Origin: Miltoncostaeaceae bacterium
Lineage (GTDB): Bacteria; Actinomycetota; Thermoleophilia; Miltoncostaeales; Miltoncostaeaceae
Direction of reading: 5' to 3'
Length of the DNA: 64,000 nucleotides
Assembly: GCA_963698665.1 (NCBI GenBank)
Contig: CAVORO010000003.1
Location: 1,311,831 to 1,375,830, forward strand
The translations under genes were made by a program, and so were the position numbers. This document shows, one piece after another, positions 46,458 to 55,853 of the stretch. How positions within the stretch are numbered: position 1 is the first letter of the stretch; each line of letters starts with the position of its first letter. The notes below the pieces were generated by a model. It searched no databases and was not told the origin of the DNA. It saw only the letters and a program-made list of their open reading frames with translations.

Positions 46458-49088
46458 GTGGCAGCCACCGCCTCCGGCCCGGAGCGCCCGGAGGGCGCCG
46501 AACCCGTCGTCGCGACCGGCGAGGCGGCGGACCGGCCACTGCTTCTGGTGGACGGCAACAGCCTGGCCTACCGGGCCTTCTTCGCCCTCCCCGAGACGAT
46601 CACGACGTCCGAGGGCTTTCCGACCAACGCCCTCTACGGGCTCGCGGCGATGATGGTCAAGGTGCTCTCGGAGGAGCATCCCGGCCGCGTCGTCGTGGCG
46701 TGGGATCCGGCCGGGGGCACGTTCCGCAACGACCTGTACGACGAATACAAGGCCGGCCGGCGCGAGACCCCGGATCTCCTTCGTGAGCAGAAGCGGCTCT
46801 TCCGGCCGCTGATGGAGGCGTTCGGGTTCGTCAACGCCGAGCTCACCGGCTACGAGGCCGACGACGTGATCGGGACGCTCGCCCGCAGGGCGGCCGAGTC
46901 CGGCGAGCGGGTGATGATCCTCACCGGCGATCGCGATGCGCTGCAGCTCGTGGACGAGCGCGTGACGGTCCTGGCGACCGGTCGGGGGGTCACCGACGTG
47001 ACGCGCTACACGCCGGAGGCCGTGCGCGAGCGCTACGGGGTCGGCCCCGAGCTGATGGTCGACTTCCGCGGACTCGTCGGGGATCCGAGCGACAACCTGC
47101 CGGGCGTGCCCGGGATCGGCGAGAAGGGCGCCGCCCAGCTGATCGCCAAGTACGGCGGCCTGGAGGAGGTCCTCGCCCACGCCGGCGAGCAGAGCCCCAA
47201 GCGGCGCGAGAACCTCACGGCGCACGCCGACGACGCGCGTCTGACCGCCCGCCTGGCGGCGATCGCGACCGACGCGCCCGTCGATGTGGACCTCGCGGAG
47301 GTGCCGCCGCTCGATCTCGGCCCGGCCCGCACCGCCGAGCTCGGCGCCATGTTCGACCGGTTGGAGTTCCAGAGCCTTCGGCGCCGCATCGCCGACATCG
47401 CCGGCGGTCCCGCGCCGGAGGCCGCGGTGACCAGCTCGTTGCGCGTGGTGCTCCGGCCCACGGCGCCCGGGGGCGTGCCCGACCCGCCGGCCGGGCCGGG
47501 TCCCGTGGCGCTCGCGGTGGACGACGGCGAGGTCGCGCTCGCGGGACCCGGCGGTGACGTCGCGCTCGGGGTGATCGGCATCGACGAGGGGCACGGGATC
47601 GCGGCCGCCCTCGGTGACCGCGAGCTCGCCTGTCACGACGTGAAGGGGCTCCCGGCCGCGCTCCGGGACGCGGTCCTCGTGCGCGGGCACGACGTCATGA
47701 TCGCCGCCTACCTCCTCGAGCCGCGCCGTCGCCGCGACGCGCTGGACGAGCTCATCGAGGACGCCGGCATCGGGTTCACCGGCGACGAGGCGCCCCTGGC
47801 ACGGGCCGCCTGCGGCATCCACGAGCTCATGGTGCGCCAGGCGCCGCTGATCGCCTCCGAGGGCCTCGAGTCGCTCTTTCGGGACGTCGAGATGCCGGTC
47901 GCCGGCGTCCTCGGGGAGATGGAGCGCGTGGGCATCGGCCTCGACGTCCCCCGGCTGGGCGAGATCGCCGCCCGAGTGCGCGACAACGCGGACGAGCTCC
48001 GCGACCGGATCTGGGAGCTGGCCGGGGGCGAGTTCGTGATCGAGTCGCCCAAGCAGCTCGGAGAGGTCCTGTTCGGGCGACTCGGCCTGCCGACCTTCCG
48101 GCGCGGCAAGACCGGCTGGTCCACCGACCGGCAGGTGCTGCGCCTGCTCGAGGACAAGCACGAGATCGTCCCCCTGATCGGGCGCTACCGCGAGCTGACC
48201 AAGCTCGACAACACGTATCTGACGGCGCTCCCGGAACTGGTCGACCCGCGCGACGGGCGCCTTCACACGACCTTCAAGCAGACGGTCGCCGAGACCGGAC
48301 GGCTCTCGTCGACCAACCCGAATCTCCAGAACATCCCCGTGCGGACCGCAATCGGCCGCGAGATCCGGGACGCGTTCGTGCCCGTTCGCGGGTGGCGGCT
48401 CGTGAGCTTGGACTACAGCCAGGTCGAGCTGCGGATCCTGGCCCACGTCTCCGGGGAGCCGGCGCTCCGCGACGCGTTCGCGCGCGGCGAGGACGTGCAC
48501 CGGGCGACGGCCGGCGAGGTGTTCGGCATCCCTCCCGACGAGGTCGACCGGGAGACGCGCGACCGCGCGAAGGCGGTCAACTTCGGGATCGTCTACGGGA
48601 TCTCGGACTTCGGCCTGGCCGATCAGCTCGCGATCCCGCGCGCCGACGCGGGCCGCTACATCGCGACCTACCTCGATCGGTATCCGCGGGTGCGGAGCTT
48701 CATCGACACCACCATCGCGAGCGCGACCCAGGACGGGTTCGTGACGACGCTGCTCGGGCGGCGACGGCCGATCCCGGAGCTCGCGGGGCGCACGCGCCAG
48801 CAGCGCCAACTCGGCGAGCGGCTGGCCGTCAACACCGTGATCCAGGGGTCCGCGGCGGACATCATCAAGGTCGCGATGGTGGCCGCCCATCGCGCCCTCG
48901 CGGATCGGGGGCTGTCGGCACGGCTCGTGCTCCAGATCCACGACGAGCTGCTTCTCGAGGCGCCCGCCGACGAGGTGGAGGCGGCGATCGACGTCGTCCG
49001 GGCGGCCATGGTCGGCGCCTATGCGCTCGATCCGCCGCTCGAGGTGGACGCGGGCGTGGGGGAGACCTGGTTGGAGGCCAAGGCGTGA
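46458..49088 (+). CDS. polA: DNA polymerase I
   Basis: 5'-nuclease domain (LLLVDGNSLAYRAFFAL, LTGDRDALQL) and polymerase motifs (DYSQVELRILAH, RRRAKAVNFGIVYG-like RDRAKAVNFGIVYGISD, QIHDELLLE). Start is GTG 46458 or 46380. Confidence 0.93.
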   Translation: MAATASGPERPEGAEPVVATGEAADRPLLLVDGNSLAYRAFFALPETITTSEGFPTNALYGLAAMMVKVLSEEHPGRVVVAWDPAGGTFRNDLYDEYKAGRRETPDLLREQKRLFRPLMEAFGFVNAELTGYEADDVIGTLARRAAESGERVMILTGDRDALQLVDERVTVLATGRGVTDVTRYTPEAVRERYGVGPELMVDFRGLVGDPSDNLPGVPGIGEKGAAQLIAKYGGLEEVLAHAGEQSPKRRENLTAHADDARLTARLAAIATDAPVDVDLAEVPPLDLGPARTAELGAMFDRLEFQSLRRRIADIAGGPAPEAAVTSSLRVVLRPTAPGGVPDPPAGPGPVALAVDDGEVALAGPGGDVALGVIGIDEGHGIAAALGDRELACHDVKGLPAALRDAVLVRGHDVMIAAYLLEPRRRRDALDELIEDAGIGFTGDEAPLARAACGIHELMVRQAPLIASEGLESLFRDVEMPVAGVLGEMERVGIGLDVPRLGEIAARVRDNADELRDRIWELAGGEFVIESPKQLGEVLFGRLGLPTFRRGKTGWSTDRQVLRLLEDKHEIVPLIGRYRELTKLDNTYLTALPELVDPRDGRLHTTFKQTVAETGRLSSTNPNLQNIPVRTAIGREIRDAFVPVRGWRLVSLDYSQVELRILAHVSGEPALRDAFARGEDVHRATAGEVFGIPPDEVDRETRDRAKAVNFGIVYGISDFGLADQLAIPRADAGRYIATYLDRYPRVRSFIDTTIASATQDGFVTTLLGRRRPIPELAGRTRQQRQLGERLAVNTVIQGSAADIIKVAMVAAHRALADRGLSARLVLQIHDELLLEAPADEVEAAIDVVRAAMVGAYALDPPLEVDAGVGETWLEAKA

Positions 49089-49294
49089 GAGTGCCGGGCG
49101 ACGACGATCATCACCGGACGCTCCAGGTCCATCCCGAGGCCTGCCCCGAGGTGATCGACGCGGCCTACGCCGCCCTTCGCGAGATCGTGCTCCGCGACGA
49201 GTCCGACGACGCGCCCCGACGGCTCGCGGCGCTCATGCGGGCCCACCGTGCGCTGATCCTCGCCGCCCGAGGGGTGCCGCCGGGGCCCTCGTGA
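49085..49294 (+). CDS. Small protein (69 aa) with a J-domain-like N-terminal helix pattern (weak)
   Basis: GTG 49085 overlaps the polA stop (GTGA). VRVPGDDDHHRTLQVHPEACPEVIDAAYAALREIVLRDES... has high GC3. Confidence 0.45.
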   Translation: MRVPGDDDHHRTLQVHPEACPEVIDAAYAALREIVLRDESDDAPRRLAALMRAHRALILAARGVPPGPS

Positions 49295-49692
49295 GCCCCC
49301 CGGCGCACCCGCAGCGCCCGCTCCAGCCGCGGCTGGCGGGCGCGGTGGTCGCCGTGATGGCCTTCGAGTCGCTGCTGGTCGCCAGCCCCGCCGCGCTCGG
49401 CGCCGCGGCGCTCTTTGCGGCCGTCGACGTCCTCGGCGCGCGGTCGCCGTACGCCCTCGCGGCGGCGTGGCTCGCGCCCGCCGCGCCGCCGCGTGTCCCG
49501 GGCGGTCCCGGCCGCGTGGCCGCGATCGCCCGCGCGGTGGTCCTCGCTGGGGCGACGGCGCTTCTCGCCCGGGACGCGACCGTCGCCGCGGCGGTCCTCG
49601 CAGGGATCGTGGTGACCGAGGGGCTCCTCGCCGCGATCCTCGGCCGCAGCCTCCTCGGTGGACGGCCGTTCGTCCAACGGCGTGGCGACTGA
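49291..49692 (+). CDS. Small membrane protein (133 aa), unknown function
   Basis: GTG 49291 overlaps the previous stop (GTGA). It has 3-4 Ala/Leu-rich hydrophobic segments. Confidence 0.5.
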   Translation: MSPPAHPQRPLQPRLAGAVVAVMAFESLLVASPAALGAAALFAAVDVLGARSPYALAAAWLAPAAPPRVPGGPGRVAAIARAVVLAGATALLARDATVAAAVLAGIVVTEGLLAAILGRSLLGGRPFVQRRGD

Positions 49693-49905
49693 TGCGGTGC
49701 CCGTGCCGGCGGTCGCGTCGCCTGCCCGGCCGCTGATCCCGCGGGGTGGACGGGCCCCGGGCGTGGCGACCGGGTGTCCTCGCCGATGGCCGTCCGCCGC
49801 GCCGACGGGGGACGAGTCCAAGTTGTCAGGAATTGGTGTGCGGGGCGTTCAAGAACGCGTCGCCCCCTGCAGGAGTCGGCTGGGCGCGTCGATAGGTTGC
49901 GCGTG

Positions 49906-50865
49906 ATGGCGCCCCCGCCCGAAGGTCCAGCCCGCGCCGCCCCACGTGTCGCCGCCGCGCTCGGAGTGGTCGCGGCGGCCGTGCTCGCGGCGGCGCTCCC
50001 CCAGAGCGCCGACGCCAAGCGCGTCGAGCTGGGGGTCTACGAGGACGCGCCGCTGGTGAGCGTGCCACGGCTCGCCAAGACCGTCGGGCCACGAGGGACC
50101 AAGGTCATCTCGGTCTACGTGACGGCCGGCGCCAGCCTCGACCCGCGCATCGTGCGCCTCGCGCGCCAGCGCAAGGCGCGCCTCATGGTGAGCTGGATGC
50201 CGGACTCCGGCCGCGACGGGGCGAAGGGGGCGCGGTTCCGGCTGCGCGCCGTGAGCGGCGGTCGCTACGACGCCTCGCTTCGCAGGCTCGTGCGCCAGAT
50301 CGGCGGCCTTCGTCCGGCCGCGATCCTGCGCCCCATGCCCGAGCCGAACACGCCGTGGTACGCGTGGTCGGGCACGACCAAGGGCAACTCCGCCAAGGCC
50401 TATGTCAAGGCCTGGAACCGGGTGCGGACGGTCTCCAAGCGGGCGAACCGGCGGGTGCAGCTGCTCTGGGCGCCGTATGCCCGGAGCGTCCCCGAGCGCC
50501 CGGGCAACGCCATCGAGGACTACTTCCCCGGCGCCGCGAAGGTCGATCTCGTCGGGGCGAGCGCCTACAACTTCGGGAAGAAGCGCGGCCTGGCGTGGAC
50601 CGATCCCGAGCCGCTGTTCGAGGACGCCTACCGGACGGTGTCGGCCCTTTCGGCCAAACCGTTCTGGATCGCGGAGACTGGATCGACGTCCAAGGGCGGC
50701 GACAAGGCTGCGTGGATCAGGGCGCTCTCGCGCCTCGACGACGACATGCCCCGCCTGCAGGGCATGGTCTGGTACGACGTCCGCGACCGCACCGGCGATT
50801 TCCGGATCCGCCAGAGCGCGAAGACCACGCGGGCGTTCCGGGCGCTCGCGAGGGTGTCCAAGTGA
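49906..50865 (+). CDS. Secreted glycoside hydrolase, GH26-like
   Basis: From ATG 49906: signal peptide AAALGVVAAAVLAAALPQSADA. Blocks LMVSWMP...GGRYDASLRRL...ILRPMPEPNTPWYAW (acid/base Glu context) and FWIAETG (nucleophile context). The family call is from memory. Confidence 0.65.
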   Translation: MAPPPEGPARAAPRVAAALGVVAAAVLAAALPQSADAKRVELGVYEDAPLVSVPRLAKTVGPRGTKVISVYVTAGASLDPRIVRLARQRKARLMVSWMPDSGRDGAKGARFRLRAVSGGRYDASLRRLVRQIGGLRPAAILRPMPEPNTPWYAWSGTTKGNSAKAYVKAWNRVRTVSKRANRRVQLLWAPYARSVPERPGNAIEDYFPGAAKVDLVGASAYNFGKKRGLAWTDPEPLFEDAYRTVSALSAKPFWIAETGSTSKGGDKAAWIRALSRLDDDMPRLQGMVWYDVRDRTGDFRIRQSAKTTRAFRALARVSK

Positions 50866-52274
50866 GCGCACGGGCGCCCGCGCGTCGCCGTCACCGGCTG
50901 CGCCGCCCGAGCCCCGGCGGGGCGCAGCAGGCGATGACCGACGCAATGGTGGACCGGCTCATGTGGCGCACGGGCTTCGGCCCGACCGCCCGCGACCGAA
51001 AGCGCTTTCGCGGACGCGGTCTGCACCAGGCCGTCGACATGCTCATGCGGGCGCCCCAGGGGCGTCTGGTCGGCCCGATCCCGACGGTCCGCGACGTTCC
51101 GCTCGACCCCAACGAGGACGACCGGCACCTCGTGCTCGCATGGCTCGATCGCATGATCCGCACCCAGAACCCCCTCGTCGAACGCCTGACGCTCATGTGG
51201 CACAACCATTTCGCCACGAGCCGTGCCGAGGTCTCCCCGCCGCAGCTCATGACCCGCCAGAACGAGCTGCTTCGCCGCTACTCCGATCTGGCCGCCTACC
51301 CGACGTCGAACTTCCGGGCGCTCATCCGGGACGTCGGGCTCGACCCGGCGATGATGCGGTTCCTCAACAACGAGGACAACACGGCCGAGGAGATCAACGA
51401 GAACTACGGCCGCGAGCTGATGGAGCTCTTCGGCCTGGGCGTGCTCGACGCGACGGGGAAACCGCACTACTCCGAGGACGACGTACGCGAGGTCTCCAAG
51501 TCGCTCACCGGCTGGGTCCTCGACGACGACGACCCCGAGAACCCGAAGGTCGAGTTCGACGGCTCACGCTACTTCGACGGCACGAAGACCGTCTTCGGGC
51601 AGCCCGCAAACTACGACTACGCCGGCGTCAACGAGAAGGTGCTCGCGCATCCGAGCCACGCGCGGTTCATCGTGACCACGCTCTGGTCGGAGTTCATCCC
51701 GACGCCGCCGGACGAGGTCACCGTGAAGGAGCTGGTGCGCCTCTACAAGCGCACCAAGATGCGATTCCGGCCGGTCCTCACGCGAATCCTGACCCATCCC
51801 GACATGGTCGCCTCGCTCCGCGAGCCGAACATGATCAAGTCGCCGGTCGTCTACGGCGTCGGGATGATGCGGACGCTGGGGCTCGGGATCACCGACGAGA
51901 CCCTCCACTACTCCCTTCGGGACATGGGCCAGCTCCCGTACTTCCCGCCGACCGTGGCCGGCTGGGAGGGGGGCGACGCGTGGCTGAACACGAACACCGC
52001 CATCGAGCGTTTCCGGCTCGCCGACCGCCTGCTCCAAAAGACCTACGAGCCCCTTCCCGACAAGGAGCCCGAGGACGTCGCGACGGAGACCTCGAGCGAG
52101 GCCTTCATGCGCGCCTGGAGCGCCGTCGGGCGGCCCTGGGTCTCGCGCGGCTCGCGAAGCGCGCTGCTCTATTTCAGCCGAACGGCCAAGAGCAAGGACA
52201 AGTGGCAGCGCGTGGCCCGTCAGCGGGCGCTTCGCGCGTTCCTCCTCGGTGGCCCCGACGCCCAGGTGATGTGA
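50862..52274 (+). CDS. DUF1800 family protein
   Basis: RLMWRTGFGPT, LTLMWHNHFATS, MMRFLNNEDN, NENYGRELMELFGLGV, SKSLTGW, PPTVAGW. GTG 50862 overlaps the previous stop (GTGA). The alternative start is ATG 50934. Confidence 0.8.
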   Translation: MSARAPARRRHRLRRPSPGGAQQAMTDAMVDRLMWRTGFGPTARDRKRFRGRGLHQAVDMLMRAPQGRLVGPIPTVRDVPLDPNEDDRHLVLAWLDRMIRTQNPLVERLTLMWHNHFATSRAEVSPPQLMTRQNELLRRYSDLAAYPTSNFRALIRDVGLDPAMMRFLNNEDNTAEEINENYGRELMELFGLGVLDATGKPHYSEDDVREVSKSLTGWVLDDDDPENPKVEFDGSRYFDGTKTVFGQPANYDYAGVNEKVLAHPSHARFIVTTLWSEFIPTPPDEVTVKELVRLYKRTKMRFRPVLTRILTHPDMVASLREPNMIKSPVVYGVGMMRTLGLGITDETLHYSLRDMGQLPYFPPTVAGWEGGDAWLNTNTAIERFRLADRLLQKTYEPLPDKEPEDVATETSSEAFMRAWSAVGRPWVSRGSRSALLYFSRTAKSKDKWQRVARQRALRAFLLGGPDAQVM

Positions 52275-53785
52275 TGAGCGACGAGATCCAGCCCCCCGAG
52301 GGCCCCGGTCCGGACCCGGGCATGGGCGATGCGGTGATCTGCGCCGACTGCGCCGCGAGCGACAGCGCGGCGCGTGACGTCGACCCGGTCGACCGGATGC
52401 CGATCCCCGGCGAGGCGCTGGCCGGGTTCCCCGACGGCGTGCCGCAGGGGGCGCGGGGGTGGCGCCGAGCGGAGTTCCTTCGCAACGCCGCGCTCGGCAC
52501 GGCCGCCGTCTACGCCGCCACGCGCATCGACTGGACCCGTGCCTTCGAGGCCGCCGCGGCCGAGCCCCAGCCCGAGCGAAAGCTCGTGATGATCTTCCTC
52601 AACGGCGGCAACGACGGCCTCAACACCATCGTGCCGGTCGGCGAGTACGACGCGTACAAGAAGGCGCGCGAGCGCCTGGCGCGCGAGCGCGACCCCGTCG
52701 CCGCGGCGGCCGACGGGGGGCCCGGATCCAACGTCGGCTCCATCCCGATGCCGGGCACCAACGGGGGCCATGCCTGGGCTCAGGTCTGCGTCGGCGGGCA
52801 GTCGAACAACGGCTTCGACCGCGGCTTCGACACGCTGTGGGGCGACGGCGGCGGGGGGCCGGGATCCGACCTGGCGGTCTTCCCGGCGGCCGACTACACA
52901 CCGCCCAACCGAAGCCACTTCGACAGCCGCGACTATTGGTTCTCGGGCAACACCGAGAAGATGGACACCGGATGGCTCGGCCGTTGGCTCGATCTCTACG
53001 GCTCGAAGGAGAACCCGCTCCAGGCCGTCTCGCTCGACTCGAACATCTCCAAGCAGCTTCGTGCGACCGCCGCGCCGGTGAGCGCGGTGACCGGGCTGAA
53101 CGGGGTCCAGTTCCGCGTCAACGGCGTCTGGGACGGCCTGATCGACACCACGGAACAGATGGCGCCGCTCTCGGCGGTGCCGACCGGCCAGGGCAACGAG
53201 GCGCTCGCCCTGGCTCGCCAGGTCTACGGCCAGACGGTCCAGGTCTCACGTTCGCTTCGCAGCCTGGCCGGTGCTCCCGGTGGCGCGGGATACCCCAACT
53301 CGCAGATCTCACAGCGGCTGCAGTTGGCGGCGACGCTCCTCGCGGCCGACCTCGGCACGCGCGTCGTCACCATCGACTGGGGCTCGTTCGACACGCACGG
53401 CAACCAGCTGGGAAGCCAGGATCCGCAGCTGCGCGTGCTCTCGGCCGCGCTCGCGGCCTTCCGGGACGACCTCTCGGCCCGCGGCGTCGGCGACAAGGTC
53501 GTGACGTGCGTGTTCAGCGAGTTCGGTCGCCGGGTGGAGAGCAACGGGCCGGGAACCGACCACGGCGCGGGCGGGCTCATGATGCTGATGGGCCCCAGGG
53601 TCCGGGGCGGGTTTCGGGGTGAGTTCCCGGGGCTCACGTCGCTCGACCGGGGCGACCTCCGGGTCACCACGGACTTCAGGAGCGTGTACGGCTCGCTCAT
53701 CGCCGACTGGCTCGGCGGTGACCCGGGCGCGGTGATCCCCGCGGGGTCGTTCGGCACGACCCTCGGGACACCGATCCTCAAGTGA
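52274..53785 (+). CDS. DUF1501 family protein (sulfatase-like fold) with a twin-arginine motif
   Basis: WRRAEFLRNAALGTAAVYAA (Tat-like), LVMIFLNGGNDGLN, DWGSFDTHGNQ, SEFGRRVESNGPGTDHG. ATG 52274 shares 1 nt with the DUF1800 TGA. The alternative start is ATG 52397. Confidence 0.85.
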   Translation: MSDEIQPPEGPGPDPGMGDAVICADCAASDSAARDVDPVDRMPIPGEALAGFPDGVPQGARGWRRAEFLRNAALGTAAVYAATRIDWTRAFEAAAAEPQPERKLVMIFLNGGNDGLNTIVPVGEYDAYKKARERLARERDPVAAAADGGPGSNVGSIPMPGTNGGHAWAQVCVGGQSNNGFDRGFDTLWGDGGGGPGSDLAVFPAADYTPPNRSHFDSRDYWFSGNTEKMDTGWLGRWLDLYGSKENPLQAVSLDSNISKQLRATAAPVSAVTGLNGVQFRVNGVWDGLIDTTEQMAPLSAVPTGQGNEALALARQVYGQTVQVSRSLRSLAGAPGGAGYPNSQISQRLQLAATLLAADLGTRVVTIDWGSFDTHGNQLGSQDPQLRVLSAALAAFRDDLSARGVGDKVVTCVFSEFGRRVESNGPGTDHGAGGLMMLMGPRVRGGFRGEFPGLTSLDRGDLRVTTDFRSVYGSLIADWLGGDPGAVIPAGSFGTTLGTPILK

Positions 53786-54246
53786 GCCGCACCGCCAGGG
53801 TCGGCTTCGTGCTCGTGTGCGTGGCGCTCGTCGGCGCGGCGTCCACCCTGGCCACGGCGCGCATCCACCGCCTGCAACTGCCTCCTCCGCCGCCGCTTCC
53901 GACCGCGACGGCCGTCGACGAGACGGAGTGGTCGGTCCGCCCGGCGCAGCGGGTGCTTGCGGCGGGGGACGTGCGGCTGCGCGTCTACAACCGCGGCGAG
54001 GACGACCACGACCTCGTGCTGGTCGACTCGGACGGCCTCACGCACAAGGTCGACCTGGCTCCCGGCGAGACGCAGACCATCCGGGCACGTCTGGCGCCGG
54101 GCACGCACCGGCTCTACTGCTCGCTGTTCGCCGGCACGCCCGAGTCCCACGAGGCCAGGGGGATGTGGGCCGACATCCGCGCGGTCCGCGACCCCGCCCG
54201 CGCGCCGATCGAGACCCTGACGAGGCAGCTCAGCCGGGCCTGGTGA
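53782..54246 (+). CDS. Cupredoxin-like (type-1 copper site-like) exported protein
   Basis: N-terminal hydrophobic anchor/signal VGFVLVCVALVGAASTLATA. Candidate copper ligands are in DDHDLVL and YCSLFAGTPESHEARGM (Cys...His...Met). GTG 53782 overlaps the DUF1501 stop (GTGA). Confidence 0.65.
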   Translation: MSRTARVGFVLVCVALVGAASTLATARIHRLQLPPPPPLPTATAVDETEWSVRPAQRVLAAGDVRLRVYNRGEDDHDLVLVDSDGLTHKVDLAPGETQTIRARLAPGTHRLYCSLFAGTPESHEARGMWADIRAVRDPARAPIETLTRQLSRAW

Positions 54247-54391
54247 GGCGCGCCGCGCGGTCGCGACGTCCGCCGGTCGCGCCCGACCCGCGCGCCGCCG
54301 CGCGCACCGTGCGCGGGGGCTATACTCAGTCGTTCCGGGCGCCGGTGGGTGACCCGTGCCCGTCCACTGTCGACGAAGGACCTCCACCCGC

Positions 54392-55853
54392 ATGACCACC
54401 GAATTCGCGCAAGAGCCCGTCTTCACCCTCGATGGACCCGAGTACATCGAGGTCGACGGAGAGCTCGTCCCGAACTACGACCTGACCATGCCCGACTTCG
54501 ACGAGGGCAGCGTCGTCAACGGTCGGGTGGTGCGCATCGACAAGGACGAGGTCCTGATCGACGTGGGCTACAAGAGCGAGGGCGTGATCCCGCTCCCGGA
54601 GCTCTCGATCCGCAAGTCGGTCAAGCCCGAGGAGGAGGTCGAGCTCGGGGAGATGGTCGACGCCCTGGTCATGCAGATGGAAGACCAGGACGGGCGACTC
54701 GTGCTCTCCAAGAAGCGCGCGCGCTTCGAGAAGGCGTGGAAGCGCATCGAGGCCGCCGCAGCCGCCGGTGAGAACGTCGAGGGCAACGTGATCGAGGTCG
54801 TCAAGGGTGGGCTCATCCTCGACCTGGGCGTCCGCGGGTTCCTGCCCGCGTCGCTGGTCGACATCCGCCGCGTCCAGGATCTGGACGAGTACCTGGGTCG
54901 CCGCCTCGAGTGCCGGGTCATCGAGCTCAACCGGAACCGCAACAACGTCGTCCTGTCCCGCCGCGCCGTGCTCGAGGACGAGCGCCGCGAGGTGCGCCAG
55001 AAGATCCTCGACGAGCTCCAGCCCGGCCAGGTGGTCGAGGGCGTGATCTCCAACATCGTCGACTTCGGGGCCTTCGTCGACCTCGACGGGATCGACGGCC
55101 TGATCCACATCTCCGAGCTCTCGTGGAGTCACGTCAACCACCCGTCCGAGGTCCTGGAGATCGGGCAGAAGGTCAAGGTCAAGGTGCTCGACATCGACCG
55201 CGACCGCCAGCGGATCTCGCTCGGCCTCAAGCAGACCCAGGCCGACCCCTGGCAGAGCGTCATCGACGCGTACGAGGTCAACGACGTCGTCGAGGGCAAG
55301 GTCACCAAGGTGGTCACGTTCGGCGCCTTCGTCGAGATCCACGCCGGGGTCGAGGGGCTGGTGCACATCTCCGAGCTCGCCACCCATCACGTCGAGAACC
55401 CGCGTGAGATCGTCAATCAGGGCGATGTGCTGGCGGTGCGCATCATCGAGATCGACGCCGACCGCCGCCGCCTCTCGCTGAGCCTCAAGCGCGTCGCCGA
55501 CGGCGACGCGGTCCAGCACCGGCTCGAGGGTCCCGGCGGGACGCCGATCGGCGTCGGTGACGACGGCCTCGACGTCGAGGTCGTCGAGGCACACGTCGGC
55601 CCGGACGGCGAGATCGACGAGATCGAGGTCGTCGAGGACAGGGGTACGAGGCGTCGAGGCCCACGTCGGCCCGGACGGCGAGATCGACGAGATCGAGGTC
55701 GTCGAGGCACACGTCGGCCCGGACGGCGAGATCGACGAGATCGAGGTCGTCGAGGCACACGTCGGCCCGGACGGCGAGATCGACGAGGTCGTCGAGATCG
55801 ATGCGCAGATCGAGCCCGACGCCGACGCGGACGCCGGAGACGACGCCCAGTAG
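54392..55853 (+). CDS. rpsA: 30S ribosomal protein S1 with an acidic tandem-repeat tail; frame break inside the repeat (raw ORF runs to 56119)
   Basis: Four S1 domains (GSVVNGRVVRIDKDEVLIDVGYKSEGVIP..., VEGNVIEVVKGGLILDLG.., VVEGVISNIVDFGAFVDL.., VVEGKVTKVVTFGAFVEI..). Beyond 55640 the raw ORF becomes Arg-rich shadow sequence. The frame carrying the remaining repeat copies ends ...DADADAGDDAQ* at 55853. Confidence 0.85.
55577..55799 (+). repeat. 48-nt (16-codon) tandem repeat, about 4.5 copies, within the rpsA 3' end
   Basis: The unit is GAGGTCGTCGAGGCACACGTCGGCCCGGACGGCGAGATCGACGAGATC (EVVEAHVGPDGEIDEI). Copies lie at 55577-55624, 55695-55742 and 55743-55787. A 70-nt disrupted copy lies at 55625-55694. 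Confidence 0.9.

Noticed and set aside
50402-53785. 1127-aa ORF read as a giant protein
   Set aside because: The first ~620 codons are an out-of-frame shadow of the GH26-like and DUF1800 genes. Only the last 503 aa (DUF1501) are real.
55625-55694. Programmed +1 ribosomal frameshift in rpsA
   Set aside because: No known slippery or stimulatory context is present, and the same window contains many other single-nucleotide breaks. A one-G homopolymer error explains it. I kept it as a finding only because the repeat itself is interesting.
55577-55799. CRISPR-like direct repeats
   Set aside because: The units are directly adjacent with no spacers, lie inside rpsA, and translate to a repeated peptide. 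This is a coding tandem repeat.
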